Shown one piece after another: positions 27,802 to 40,067 of a stretch of 64,000 nt of DNA. The stretch spans positions 15,254,001-15,318,000 of the forward strand of contig CM097885.1 of assembly GCA_044892525.1 (NCBI GenBank). Direction: 5' to 3'. Within the stretch, counting starts at the first letter, position 1; the number at the start of each line of letters is the position of its first letter. This stretch comes from Schmidtea polychroa (taxonomy: Eukaryota). The position numbers and the translations under genes are program-made. The notes beneath the pieces were generated by a model that saw only the letters and a list, made by a program, of their open reading frames with translations, was not told the origin of the DNA and ran no database searches.

Positions 27802-28386
27802 CTATTGCTCCGATTTCAAAAGATTAATATCATCAATTAAAAAATCTTCAATAATTTTAAAAGCAATTTCAAGGTCATCATTAATGAATATTAAATCAAA
27901 TATTCCTGGAGTCTTGGAGAATTCCATGTCCACTTTAGATCTCAATAATCTAGCTTGTAATTTCTCTTCCGTCTCAGTTCCCCGTTTTCGTAATCTTTTT
28001 TCTAAAACTTCATAACTTGGTGGACTGATGAAAACAAATCGAGCGTTGAGATCACTCTTTTTCACAGCTTTCACGCCTTCCATTTCAATGTCTAAAACAC
28101 AAATCTTTCCGGAACTCTGGACATTTCTAACTGCATCTAGACTTGTTCCGTATATATTTCCAGCAAATTCTGCATGTTCTAAAAATTTTCCTTCTTCTAT
28201 CAATTGTTTCATCTTATCGCGAGACACAAAGTGGTAATCTTTTCCATCTTGTTCACCAAGGCGTGGCACCCTTGTTGTGTGAGATACGCTAAATGCAAAG
28301 CAATTTTCATGTTTTCCCATTAACATTTTCAATAAAGTGCTTTTACCAGTTCCAGAGGGGCCGTTTAAAACTAATGGACGGATCAT
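27802..28386 (-). CDS. GUK1: Guanylate kinase (194 aa, intronless)
   Basis: RPLVLNGPSGTGKSTL (P-loop), SVSHTTRVPRLGEQDGKDYHFV, EHAEFAGNIYGTS, CVLDIEMEG, LEKRLRKRGTE. Confidence 0.97.
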   Translation of the reverse strand: MIRPLVLNGPSGTGKSTLLKMLMGKHENCFAFSVSHTTRVPRLGEQDGKDYHFVSRDKMKQLIEEGKFLEHAEFAGNIYGTSLDAVRNVQSSGKICVLDIEMEGVKAVKKSDLNARFVFISPPSYEVLEKRLRKRGTETEEKLQARLLRSKVDMEFSKTPGIFDLIFINDDLEIAFKIIEDFLIDDINLLKSEQ

Positions 28387-31209
28387 TTTATTTAAATTTA
28401 GAATTGAAAATATATAATAATAAATTAATATTATTTGAACAAATTATATTTTATTTTATTATTTTGAATTTGAATTATTTAATTTTCTTTACAATATAAA
28501 TAAATCAAGTAATAAAAATTTTAAATAATTATTTAAATAAAATTTAAATTATTTTAATATTAAAATTAATTTAAAATTAAAATAATTTATGTAGTTAAAT
28601 TAATAATAAAAATTATTCAATACTAACAATAACTGGTCAAAAATAGTAGTAAAAACAAAAGATGAATAAATTTAACAACTCTTAGTTAATTGAAATTCAA
28701 AATATTTTTTATTACAGAAAATGTTGCTCGGTAAAGAATATTTTGAGTCAGCTTTGAGTACAAAAACATTCAATGTCAACATTTATCATCAATGTTTAAA
28801 GCTAGAATTTGTTGCAGGTCAGATAAACAAAACAAACAAACAAAAACATATTAATTTCAATTAAATTAAAAATAAGTTTTTATTAAATTGTCAAAAATTT
28901 TGAATAATAGTGATTAAAAATATAAATTAATTTATCTGAGAAAACCTTTAAAATTTAAAATTTTTATAAATATCGAAAATATTTTAAATTATTTAAATAT
29001 TTTTAAAAATATAATATTTGTATATTTTATTATTTTATAAATATTTTAAAAAATAATAAATTTCTCCCTTGAAATATGTTTATTTTTAAGTCTAATTAAA
29101 ACAAGTTAAATAACATATTCCACATCCTAGCATCAAGAGTCTTCATTTGTACTTTAATGCTTGAAATTGGCATTATGACCATAGCTACGTAATTTATTCA
29201 CAAAATTATTTTAGTTTGTTTTATTATAGCTGATTGAATAATTGATATGCGCTGCCGTCATTAAAAACTGGAATTTGACTGAAGTCTCCGCATGAAATAC
29301 CGCCAACTTATACAAGTTTTGTGGCTATGGTTCATCTTATAATCAGACAGTATGAGACTCACAATATCCACTAATTGTCATTTTTTATTTTATTAATTTT
29401 ATTTATATATGTCCTTCTGTTAGCCTCTATCTGTAAAGAATAAAGAAATACGCAAGTGATGATACGAAAAAGTGAATCACCGATATTTCCCTAAATTGAT
29501 GTATTTAAACAAAAGTCGATAATTTTTTTTAGTCAAATATTCTTACGTTTATCAAAAAATCAAGAATTTTGTTGCCACCCGTTATATTTTATTTTTAAAC
29601 CAATTTAATTAAATAATAATGAGACCATTAATGAAGGGCATTAAAAAAGTAATAAACCCAGTAATTAATTGAAAGAGATAAAGCACAGTAAGACCTTCTA
29701 TCGGGAGTCTAAAATGCAATGAGGAGTAATTCCAGTAATTGGACTCATCTAATCATTGATTTTCAGCTTCTGTGTACATTACCAACTTGATAGTTCCCAT
29801 GGGTACACGGATGGTAGAAAGATAATAGCCATGAAGGCATTTATTGAGGGGTTAAAGAATAAATCTATCAGCGACCCTAGAACATTTAAACACATCCCGT
29901 AAGCGCCAACAATTTGAATATTTCCATGTATGTTATATCTACTACTATCTGCTCGAAAATTTCTCTCCTGGGCTTCGTATTATAATTTCCTTGGTTTATC
30001 CTTGTTCTATTTTGTTTAGAAATTAAACCTTCATTTATACATTTTAGTGATGCTTTGAGTTATATTATTTCAGAAAAGACAATCAAGAACACCATCTAAC
30101 CTCTTTTTAACTTTTTATTCAAAGGTTGCAAAACGCTCTTTCTGTCCTTGTTTCACATAAGTTGATTCAAAAATTTTATTGACAATTGATTCTTATGACG
30201 TGAAAGTGTCGATAAAGTAGCTTCTCGCATCCCCCTTTTGTAATCTTTCCATAAAATATTAGCTTCTTCCGTCAGTGATAAATCAAAAATTCCAATTGGG
30301 CATAGAGCATTCATTTCTAGTCAATCCTCGATATCTTTCAGCCATTTTTCTGCTTCCAAAATACTTCCTCATTAAATATTTTTTTATTGGATAATGAATC
30401 GAATATTAATTGTCTTTGCTGTTTTTTGGTGTCCAGTAATAATATTTTCAGTCATTATATTCTTCAAATTCTTCAAAAACGCTAATTGAAACAAATTATT
30501 ATATTATTCATATTAACATATCGAAAGTTCAATATCAATGTTTCCCACGGTGAGGCATCACACCGCAGAGGTGGGACACGTCAGCCATTATCAACTATTC
30601 TCCATATATATTTTTTAATATAATACGCTCATTCACGACTAAATATGACAACGTGCATACAGCAATTTCATCTACTGTTATTTTTGCATACTGGTAATAT
30701 TGATTATCGAAGTTTGACAGCTATTTCAGAGGGCCCGATGGGGCATGGTATAAAGCAGGTTGAGAAACACTGTTCTATACTATTATTCGCTTTAACGTAT
30801 TTTTCAAGGATTTTGAAATATAAAATAATAACAAATAATAAGTTGCATTAGAAAATATCATTAAAAATTATTTTAACAAACATTTTGATTCGAGACCTCC
30901 CATATTGAATGCCTTGATAACGATTATGCAAAGTTTAGGAATCTCTACAGGAGTTTAAAGTCCAGATAAACACAAAATTGTGACATAATTACACAGACAA
31001 ATGTAAATATTAACCTGAAATATAATTATGAAAAATAAAATTATTAAAACAAACAAACAAAATTTTATTGAGTTCTCATTGGATAAAATTCTCTTTCAAT
31101 TTTCTGTCACTGTCAAATCAACAGATAAAATCCTACTCATTAAAACAAGAAAAAAATCGATAATTTTGTAACATTTAATTAGAGAGAAAACTTGAAAATA
31201 ACGGTAATC

Positions 31210-32011
31210 ATGAAAAGAAATGGATTTTCAGAAAAGATTTGGCATTTGTTGAACATTGTGCTAAACGCCATTACTGGATTGATATCTATTATCATTATCA
31301 TAGAATTGTCTCTGAGTTATGCCTATAATTTCTGTTCCGGTTGGCTGGATCTCTGCAATTTTGAGCAGGTTGACAAAATCTGTGGGTATTTCACCAATAT
31401 CACTTTTAATAATATTACTAATAGTTATGTCTTCATACAAGCCAAAGAAGCCTGCTACGGAATTTGGACTATTTCGGCTTACAGTATTGTCATATGTTTC
31501 ATGGTTCTCATCACTGAATTCGTATTCATTTCCAAACATTACAAATTATCTTTTTCTTATATGATTGGTCAATCAATGGCGAATGTTTTGAATTTCTTTT
31601 CCTTTTTCTTCATTGCAATTGAGTCTCAGCTCGGTCTTAACCATTTCTGTGATCAGTTGGCAATACCACTTTGCACCAGTCCAAGCTATTACATTGCCGG
31701 ATTGAATAATTGCCAATTGGGGAGTACGACTCTACCAAAATGTTCTAAAGTCTCCAACACGTTATCATTTGTTGGCAGATATAAAGTGATTTCAGGGGTA
31801 GCTTGGTGGGGGTTCGTAAACTCTTTTGTGATTTTAATAATCACTCTGGTTCAATTGAAATATATTTCAAATAATGTTGGTTTACTACTTGAAATTTCTT
31901 AGTTATTTATAATTTTCATAGGATTCTTTTGAAATGAAGACTGTTAAAATGGAAACCACTATGAGACCTTTGAGACATGACAGAAATGATTACAATGAGG
32001 TAGCAATATGA
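31210..32011 (+). CDS. Four-TM membrane protein, TMEM179-like; exons 31210-31875 and 31922-32011
   Basis: Four hydrophobic segments with Cys-containing loops. SQLGLNHFCD and SFVGRYKVISGVAWW resemble TMEM179 motifs. A 46-nt GT-AG intron adds an in-frame 29-aa tail. Confidence 0.65.
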
Positions 32012-32544
32012 GAGTAACTTTTCGACGGTCGAGGAAATTTAAAAATGATCATATCAAACACATTAAATTTTCATTATTAAATTATTTTAAATTAACTATT
32101 TAGATTTAAAAACATTTATAAAATTGTTTTTCTTTACATATAATAAAATATTTTAAGAACTTGTTTCAATTTTCACATCTGATTTCTTCTTAATTGACAT
32201 TGTATTTATTAAAAAATATTAATCAAATGTAAACCACATTTTGTTCAAAATCAAAAATCAAATATTTAATAATAATAATTTAAATAATCAAGTATTTTTA
32301 AATTTACAAAATAATAATAATTTTATAATTTTAATTTTAAAAAACAATCTATGAATTAAAAAAATTTTTAAAATTATTTAACTTAATAATTTAATATATT
32401 TGAAATAAACAACAATTCACATACTCACAATTCATTACTGAAAAATATTTAAAAATATTCAAAACACAAGTGTTCACAACATTTTGCACAATTATTTTGA
32501 ATCCTACAGTATTTTCACAACGTTTCAAAAATTATTAAAATTTT

Positions 32545-32740
32545 ACAATCAAACATGCCCATTTCTCTAAATTTTTTACTAAAATTAGTAAATCCATGCG
32601 ATCGACAATGTTCATGAAGTCGAGTACAGAGATGATGAGAAGTCTCTCCAATGTATGTGGCATTACACCTATTACATGTAAATTGATAAATGAAATCGAA
32701 AACAATCTGACTGGAGCTTTCGATTTATTAATAAACACAT
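32545..32740 (-). mobile_element. Short non-LTR (LINE) reverse transcriptase fragment; related pieces at about 21355-21460 and 60415-60445
   Basis: LLIISVLDFMNIVDRMDLLILVKNLEKW resembles LDFxKAFDxVxHxILxxKL. The shared nucleotide block AGTCTCTCCAATGTATGTGGCATTACA recurs. Confidence 0.4.
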
Positions 32741-32769
32741 TGCATACCTTACAATGTAAATTAATTATT

Positions 32770-32807
32770 ATTATAAATAATAATAAATAATAATAATAAT
32801 TAATAAT

Positions 32808-32898
<91 letters not shown>

Positions 32899-32940
32899 TA
32901 ATAACAATAATAATAATAATAATAAATAATAATAATAATT
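32770..32940. repeat. (AAT)n microsatellite
   Basis: Directly visible. Confidence 0.95.
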
Positions 32941-33133
32941 AAAGTAACATAAACAAAGAATCACAAAAATTGTGTAATAATAAATTGTCCCTGATTTATT
33001 ATTTTTTTGATTTGTCAGATTCTTAATAAGTGAAATTATAAAATAAAATATTTATATAAATTAAGATAATAATTTATTTATAATAAAAAATAACTAAATT
33101 TTTCGAAATAAATTATTCAACAAATCTATGGGG

Positions 33134-34270
33134 TCAATGATTCAAATACAGCACGTCAAGATAAGGATTGTTTAAATTCCCAAATAAAATCTTCCCACCA
33201 GTTTCATAAGCTTCAGTAATAAAATGCATGCCCTTCTTATTCCCACTAATCTCTGAAATAATTTCCCCTTCATTATTTATTTTCAAAATCCGACTTTTAC
33301 CCTTTGATAACATGATAAAAATTCTTTTCGGTATAAGCCAAGCTAAGTAGTAATTTATTAAGGGATAACTGTGAATTATGGAAAACAAGTATGTGTCCTC
33401 TACTGGCAGGGCAACATAAAAATTATCCTGCTCATCTCGTTTAATGTTATCAACCTTTCCCTGAAGACCATCAACAAAAACTTCGACATTGTCGTGAGAT
33501 TTAAGGAGATTAATTTTTAACAATCTTCCTCTTATTAACTCGGCAACTACGAGACTTGTTTCGTTTTGAGTGAGGGATAAACCATTCGGAAATGATAAAT
33601 TCGCTGCGATTAGGTATAATTTTCGGTTTATTAAATCATAGCTGTAAACTCTGCCAGAAGAGTCACCTTCTAAAACGGAATATAACACATCGTCCAAAGT
33701 CCATTTCATTGAGGATACCGTGAAATATATAATTCCGTTCTTTGAAACATCTAACGAATTGAAAAACATTAGTGATCGGGTGAGCATATCTTTATTGGGA
33801 CTTACAAGCACTTGCTTAGTACCCTTATCCAAATGAATAGCATATATACCATGGTATGCATCTGCGACGATTATTTTCCCTTTATCAACATATTTCAACC
33901 CCAAAATTCTTCCACATACTTTCCCGAGTTCGTTTGATTGACAGTTCCGATTATCTTCCCCTATTCTCATAATGGATTTCCATGTAGCTAAATCCTTAGT
34001 TATACTCAATCTATATAGCATGCCATCAGCCGCTCCAGTATAGATATCCCCTGTGACCGGATCATGAGTAAATGATTCAGGCCCCACAAAATCGTTCATA
34101 AATAATCTGCTAGAATTATCCCATGAAATTCTTTTGAAAGTACTTGCAAATTTCAATTGAGTATTTTCGTTTTTCACCATTTTAGGATCAGTTTCAATTT
34201 TCGGGGCGATCCAATAGACGAGAATCGCAAAGCTCACAACTAAAGCAGCACATTTTATTAGCATGACCAT
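33134..34270 (-). CDS. APMAP / strictosidine-synthase-like six-bladed propeller with N-terminal membrane anchor, copy 1 (intronless)
   Basis: GPESF, IYTGAADG, CGRILGL, VADAYHG, FFNSLDV...IYFT, GRVYSYD, LSFPNGL, VDNIKRD. First ATG at 34270. Confidence 0.92.
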   Translation of the reverse strand: MVMLIKCAALVVSFAILVYWIAPKIETDPKMVKNENTQLKFASTFKRISWDNSSRLFMNDFVGPESFTHDPVTGDIYTGAADGMLYRLSITKDLATWKSIMRIGEDNRNCQSNELGKVCGRILGLKYVDKGKIIVADAYHGIYAIHLDKGTKQVLVSPNKDMLTRSLMFFNSLDVSKNGIIYFTVSSMKWTLDDVLYSVLEGDSSGRVYSYDLINRKLYLIAANLSFPNGLSLTQNETSLVVAELIRGRLLKINLLKSHDNVEVFVDGLQGKVDNIKRDEQDNFYVALPVEDTYLFSIIHSYPLINYYLAWLIPKRIFIMLSKGKSRILKINNEGEIISEISGNKKGMHFITEAYETGGKILFGNLNNPYLDVLYLNH

Positions 34271-34313
34271 AAATCTCTGAAACACTTATACACAAGTATT
34301 TAATTATAAAAAT

Positions 34314-34425
34314 GAGATTAATTTTAAGTTAATTTTTGATTGGTTGAAACATTTCAATAAAGTGAAAACTGAGATTAATTTTAAGTTAATTTGATTGGTT
34401 GAAACGTTTCAATAAAGTGGAAAAA
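34314..34425. promoter_or_regulatory. Duplicated ~57-bp promoter block, each copy containing GATTGG (CCAAT box on the minus strand)
   Basis: GAGATTAATTTTAAGTTAATTT..GATTGGTTGAAAC.TTTCAATAAAGTG occurs twice, 45-155 bp upstream of copy 1. Confidence 0.5.
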
Positions 34426-34566
34426 TCGATAATTTAAAAATTTTAAATAATCATCATAAATATTTATTAAAATTCATTAATAAGCAAAAATAAATATAAT
34501 TTTATTATTATTATAAGAACTTTTTTCAATTTTCACTACTGATTTCTTTTCAATTGATTTCTTTTC

Positions 34567-34735
<169 letters not shown>

Positions 34736-34902
34736 TAGACGTCATATAATCCTACAATGAAGCTCAATAGATAATCATATATGGGATCATATATGGGAGA
34801 TATAATATTGGGAATTATATTAGAATTGATGGTATTAATAATCCTTTCCCAGATAAATTTCAGCATTTACTTGATCTGAAATTTGATTCTATTTTGTTGA
34901 TT

Positions 34903-35187
<285 letters not shown>

Positions 35188-35338
35188 ATACATTAGACGA
35201 AAACACTTCATATTTATATATTTTGTCTGTGCGAACTTCCAACTAAGATCAAAGTTTAAGTAAAGTATTGATATAAATTAAAACGCAAGTACAAATATTT
35301 GTTATTAATCAAAATAACTAATTAATCTAGTCTAATTA

Positions 35339-36460
35339 ATGTCACTGATTAACTCATTATCGATTGTCGGCATTTCTGTTTTTTTGTTTTGGTTAACACC
35401 GAAGGTGATCATTGATCCAAAAGTGAAAGTAATCAATGAAGAAGTTTCAGTGCCTTCAAATGAAGTGAAAAGGTTATCATGGAACGAGGTGAACAGAAAA
35501 TTCTCCAACAAACTAACTGGACCGGAAGCATTCACCCATGATATTGTTACAGGTGACATTTATACCGGTACTGCAGATGGAATGGTTTGGAAACTGAACT
35601 TAGAGTTAACAACAATTGAACCGATCATTCGAGTCGGTGATGATCATCCAAATTGCGGATCAGAACATGTTGCTCATATCTGTGGCCGAGTGTTGGGATT
35701 AAAACTCTTCAACAGTGAAACTCTGATTGTTGCCGACTCTTATCGGGGAATTATTGCTATTAATTTGAAAACGAAAACCAAAGAAATGTTGGTAGAAAAA
35801 GATAAAAGTGAAATGACAAAGTCGTTGCAGCTTTTCAATTCCTTAGACATATCGACAAATGGGATTATTTATTTCACAATTTCCTCTATGAAATGGTCAT
35901 TGAAGGACTTTATTTATTCAATTATTGAAGGCGATAATACCGGAGGAATTTACAGTTTCAATATGTTTACGAAAGAATTGAAAGTTTTAGCATCAAATTT
36001 ACACCTTCCAAATGGATTGGCTTTAAGTTCAGATGAAAAGAGTCTCATTGTAAGTGAGGTGAACAAAAGACGATTAATAAAGCTAGATCTTTCAAAACAA
36101 TCAAATAATGTAGAGGTAATTATGGACAATTTAATTGGTATTCCTGCTAATATAAGACGCGATTTGGAGAACAATTATTACCTAGCAATGCCCATGACAG
36201 GCATTACATATACCATTTCCTTTCTTTACAAATATCCCATTATCAACTATCCCCTCGCATATCTGGTTCCAAAATGGGTCATCTTAAAGTTTTTTGGAAG
36301 CGACAGTAAAATTTATAAATTTGATGAGCATGGGAGAATAATTGCAATTATCGATGGAACTCATCCAGGTACGGACTTTGTCACGGAGGCATATGATACT
36401 GGCAATAGGATATTATTAGGAAGTTTGGACCACCCTTATTTGGATGTAATTAGAGTTTAG
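35339..36460 (+). CDS. APMAP / strictosidine-synthase-like protein, copy 2 (373 aa, intronless)
   Basis: GPEAF, IYTGTADG, CGRVLGL, VADSYRG, LFNSLDI...IYFT, LHLPNGL; colinear with copy 1. Confidence 0.92.
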   Translation: MSLINSLSIVGISVFLFWLTPKVIIDPKVKVINEEVSVPSNEVKRLSWNEVNRKFSNKLTGPEAFTHDIVTGDIYTGTADGMVWKLNLELTTIEPIIRVGDDHPNCGSEHVAHICGRVLGLKLFNSETLIVADSYRGIIAINLKTKTKEMLVEKDKSEMTKSLQLFNSLDISTNGIIYFTISSMKWSLKDFIYSIIEGDNTGGIYSFNMFTKELKVLASNLHLPNGLALSSDEKSLIVSEVNKRRLIKLDLSKQSNNVEVIMDNLIGIPANIRRDLENNYYLAMPMTGITYTISFLYKYPIINYPLAYLVPKWVILKFFGSDSKIYKFDEHGRIIAIIDGTHPGTDFVTEAYDTGNRILLGSLDHPYLDVIRV

Positions 36461-37655
36461 TCAGACATTCAGTAAACATTTTTTCTATCATTATGAGTTG
36501 TTTAAATGGTTGTGGAAAGAAACTTATGTATGATTTTAATTAAAAAAGAATTAAAAATAATTTTATTATTTTTTATGTTGATTAAATCACATAGAGATCT
36601 TGTATTATCACCAATGCTTAATATCTCTCACTGTCAAACTTTTCTACACAAACTTCTCACACAGACCTAATGACGAAGCCTTCTAATAATGCTGCCTGAT
36701 ACAGTGTACGTGGTTCAGTCTTAATATAAAGGCCGAATAGCTGGAGGAATTACCAATACAATTACCCGTAATGCATACATTTTTCATCTCTTTAACCAAC
36801 ACCAAACGCAACATCAACGACAAATAGGTTTCCTAGGCCAGGTCCTTATTCCCAGCCCTGCATTCGTAAAGATAACCTTAAACAAATAAGAACTAAGGAC
36901 TAACAGTTCCATATGCGGTACTCACTTTTGTATTAAATCTTAATCATATGAAATATGGCAAACTTCATTCATGACAGGTGCCGGACGGTATGTCAAAATA
37001 TAAATGTTTACAAAATAAATTTGAATCAACACCTGAATAACCTTGGTAAAAACCTTTAAAATAAAACGAACAAAAAATCACAAAGTATATCTTAAAGAGG
37101 AAGAAAAATACATTGACATGTGTTTGATACGGGCAAGGAAGTGGAAGCATTTAAAGTTAGCAAATAATACAGAATAGCACCAAACATAAATGCAAAAAAT
37201 AAATAATACGTAATGATACAGAAGATATACAAAAATAATAATAAAAATAGGATCCTTGTATAAATTATTTAAATATTAATTGAAAATAATTTATAGATAG
37301 ATGTGTGGACTCCAGGCCAGTGGGAATCCTCGACTCTCACAACTTGAGATATTTTCATTTCAACTATTCATTTCAACATGGTGTTTTATTATTTTAGAGT
37401 GGTTGAGTTGACAATTATTTTCATTAACCATTTTTGTTAAATTTCTTTGACGAAACTCATGATTTTTCTTGAATTTAGACTATACATTTTACTTAATCAG
37501 ACAAAGTTTTTATAACTACTAATTGTAATTTAGTTTAAAATATTTTTGAATTCTAAAGCAATTAAAAAAATTAATTTATTTAAAAAACATTTGATAAAAA
37601 ACACTGAAGAATTAAGATTTTTAGTTGGTAAATTTAAGTAGGTAGAAGTGAGCCC

Positions 37656-38010
37656 ACGATGACTCATCGTTGAGGTCAACTTAAGGATATAGAAAATTTT
37701 GAGGTCAACTTAAGGTCAAATTTTAAGGTCAACCCCCATACCCCCTACCCCTAATTTTAAGGTCATAGAAAATTTTAAGGTCAACCCCCTACCCCTAATT
37801 TTAAGGTCATAGAAAATTTTAAGGTCAACCCCCTACCCCTAATTTGAAGGTCATAGAAAATTTTAAGGTCAACCCCCTACCCCCTACCCCTAATTTTAAG
37901 GTCATAGGAAATTTTAAGGTCAACCCCCTACCCTACCCCTAATTTTAAGGTCATAGAAAATTTTAAGGTCAACCTCCCTACCCTTAATTTTAAGGTCAAA
38001 TTGAGGTCAA
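37656..38010 (+). promoter_or_regulatory. Subterminal array: AP-1-centred palindrome plus 16 AGGTCA motifs and C-runs
   Basis: ACGATGACTCATCGT at 37656-37670; repeats of TTTTAAGGTCAACCCCCTACCCCTAA and TTTTAAGGTCATAGAAAA; mirrored at about 51370-51788. Confidence 0.6.
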
Positions 38011-38090
38011 AAATTAAAAATTTTCTAAGTCCATTTAACGAATTACTTTATAGAAAATTTTCAAAGTCAAAACACGTTTTAATACTACGT

Positions 38091-38170
38091 TTGCAAATGT
38101 CTTTGTTACTCATGCATTTGCATTGCAAATGTCTTTGTTACTCATGCATTTGTATTGCATATGTCTTTGT
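38091..38170 (+). repeat. 32-bp tandem repeat (2.5 copies) containing octamer ATTTGCAT and TTACTCA
   Basis: TTGCAAATGTCTTTGTTACTCATGCATTTGCA units begin at 38091, 38123 and 38155. Confidence 0.85.
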
Positions 38171-38299
38171 ATTACACACCTTAAGGATAGAAAAATATTT
38201 CTAAGCGAGATCTAAAGTGAATGTGTGTAATGGGCAATAAATAAGGGTAAAATCAAAATTTTTTAAGAAAATACATGTAATTTGATTAAAATTTATGAA

Positions 38300-38303
<4 letters not shown>

Positions 38304-38338
<35 letters not shown>

Positions 38339-39276
38339 TTATTTTAGGCAGATAATCTATGTGTGTCTGTATATGAAAACATTGATAAGGAGCAATAAAT
38401 AAGGGACGGTTTTACTCACACACACAAGTTTTATATCATTCGAAAGTCTACTATATATATTACATAATTGAATCGAATCAAAATAAGGGCAAAATCAAAA
38501 ATGGTAAAATAAAATGGTCATTATCAGACATTTTAAAAAATATATTTTATTTATTTATTTTAAATAAAAATATGTAATTATGATCATAGTTAATTTAAGC
38601 ACATATTTATTTCACTTTTCACAAAATAATTTTAAAATACCACAACGTAATATATTTTCTATCTTAATTTTAATTGGCTGGAGAATAAAGTATGCTTTTC
38701 ATTATAAACATTTTCATTATTACGAAATAACTTTACAGATAATGATCACAGACATCGATTACGAAAATGGTATTTTCATTATTTTTTAATTCATTTTAAT
38801 ATATATATATATATATTTGTTTTATTTTAGGCAGATAATCTATGTGTGTCTGTATATGAAAACATTGATAAGGAGCAATAAATAAGGGACGGTTTTACTC
38901 ACACACACAAGTTTTATATCATTCGAAAGTCTACTATATATATTACATAATTGAATCGAATCAAAATAAGGGCAAAATCAAAAATGGTAAAATAAAATGG
39001 TCATTATCAGACATTTTAAAAAATATATTTTATTTATTTATTTTAAATAAAAATATGTAATTATGATCATAGTTAATTTAAGCACATATTTATTTCACTT
39101 TTCACAAAATAATTTTAAAATACCACAACGTAATATATTTTCTATCTTAATTTTAATTGGCTGGAGAATAAAGTATGCTTTTCATTATAAACATTTTCAT
39201 TATTACGAAATAACTTTACAGATAATGATCACAGACATCGATTACGAAAATGGTATTTTCATTATTTTTTAATTCA

Positions 39277-39318
<42 letters not shown>

Positions 39319-39773
39319 TTATTTTAGGCAGATAATCTGTGTGTGTCTGTATATGAAAACATTGATAAGGAGCAATAAATAAGGGACGGTTTTACTCACA
39401 CACACAAGTTTTATATCATTCGAAAGTCTACTATATATATTACATAATTGAATCGAATCAAAATAAGGGCAAAATCAAAAATGGTAAAATAAAATGGTCA
39501 TTATCAGACATTTTAAGAAATATATTTTATTTATTTATTTTAAATAAAAATATGTAATTATGATCATAGTTAATTTAAGCACATATTTATTTCACTTTTC
39601 ACAAAATAATTTTAAAATACCACAACGTAATATATTTTCTATCTTAATTTTAATTGGCTGGAGAATAAAGTATGCTTTTCATTATAAACATTTTCATTAT
39701 TACGAAATAACTTTACAGATAATGATCACAGACATCGATTACGAAAATGGTATTTTCATTATTTTTTAATTCA

Positions 39774-39807
<34 letters not shown>
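38304..39807. repeat. Three tandem ~490-bp units bounded by (AT)n tracts (single copy in the right arm, about 50542-51080)
   Basis: An identical 69-codon ORF marks offsets of 483 and 497 bp; AT tracts lie at about 38304, 38799, 39282 and 39779. Confidence 0.95.
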
Positions 39808-39811
<4 letters not shown>

Positions 39812-40019
39812 CTAGATAGCTATTGTGTCATAATTGAAGAACATTTTGTTACTTCGATACCTGCAAAAGAATATGGACGAAAAAGTTAAATAATAATAAT
39901 TCATTGTTTATTCTTAATTGTCTTTTCCAGGAAATTTTAATGAGGATTCAGTTGCTGATTCTGTTGCTTATGCTGCTGGAACTATTGAATATTTCGCAAA
40001 GAAGATAAAATGTAAGTAA
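39722..40019 (+). CDS. Candidate spliced mini-gene in the left arm (exons 39722-39749, 39816-39884, 39931-40011/40019; ~60 aa)
   Basis: GT-AG introns of 66 and 46 nt give the uninterrupted frame MITDIDYENDSYCVIIEEHFVTSIPAKEYGRKRNFNEDSVADSVAYAAGTIEYFAKKIK. Confidence 0.45.
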
Positions 40020-40067
40020 ATTACAAAATTTAACTTAGATTTCTAGTTCTATAGTTTTTTGTTTATG

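Noticed and set aside
38580..39769. Identical 69-aa ORF in four copies (also at 50574-50783)
   Set aside because: The identity comes from the tandem/inverted repeat, the composition is that of AT-rich non-coding DNA, and it reads through intron-like sequence. Only its MITDIDYEN part is used in the spliced model.
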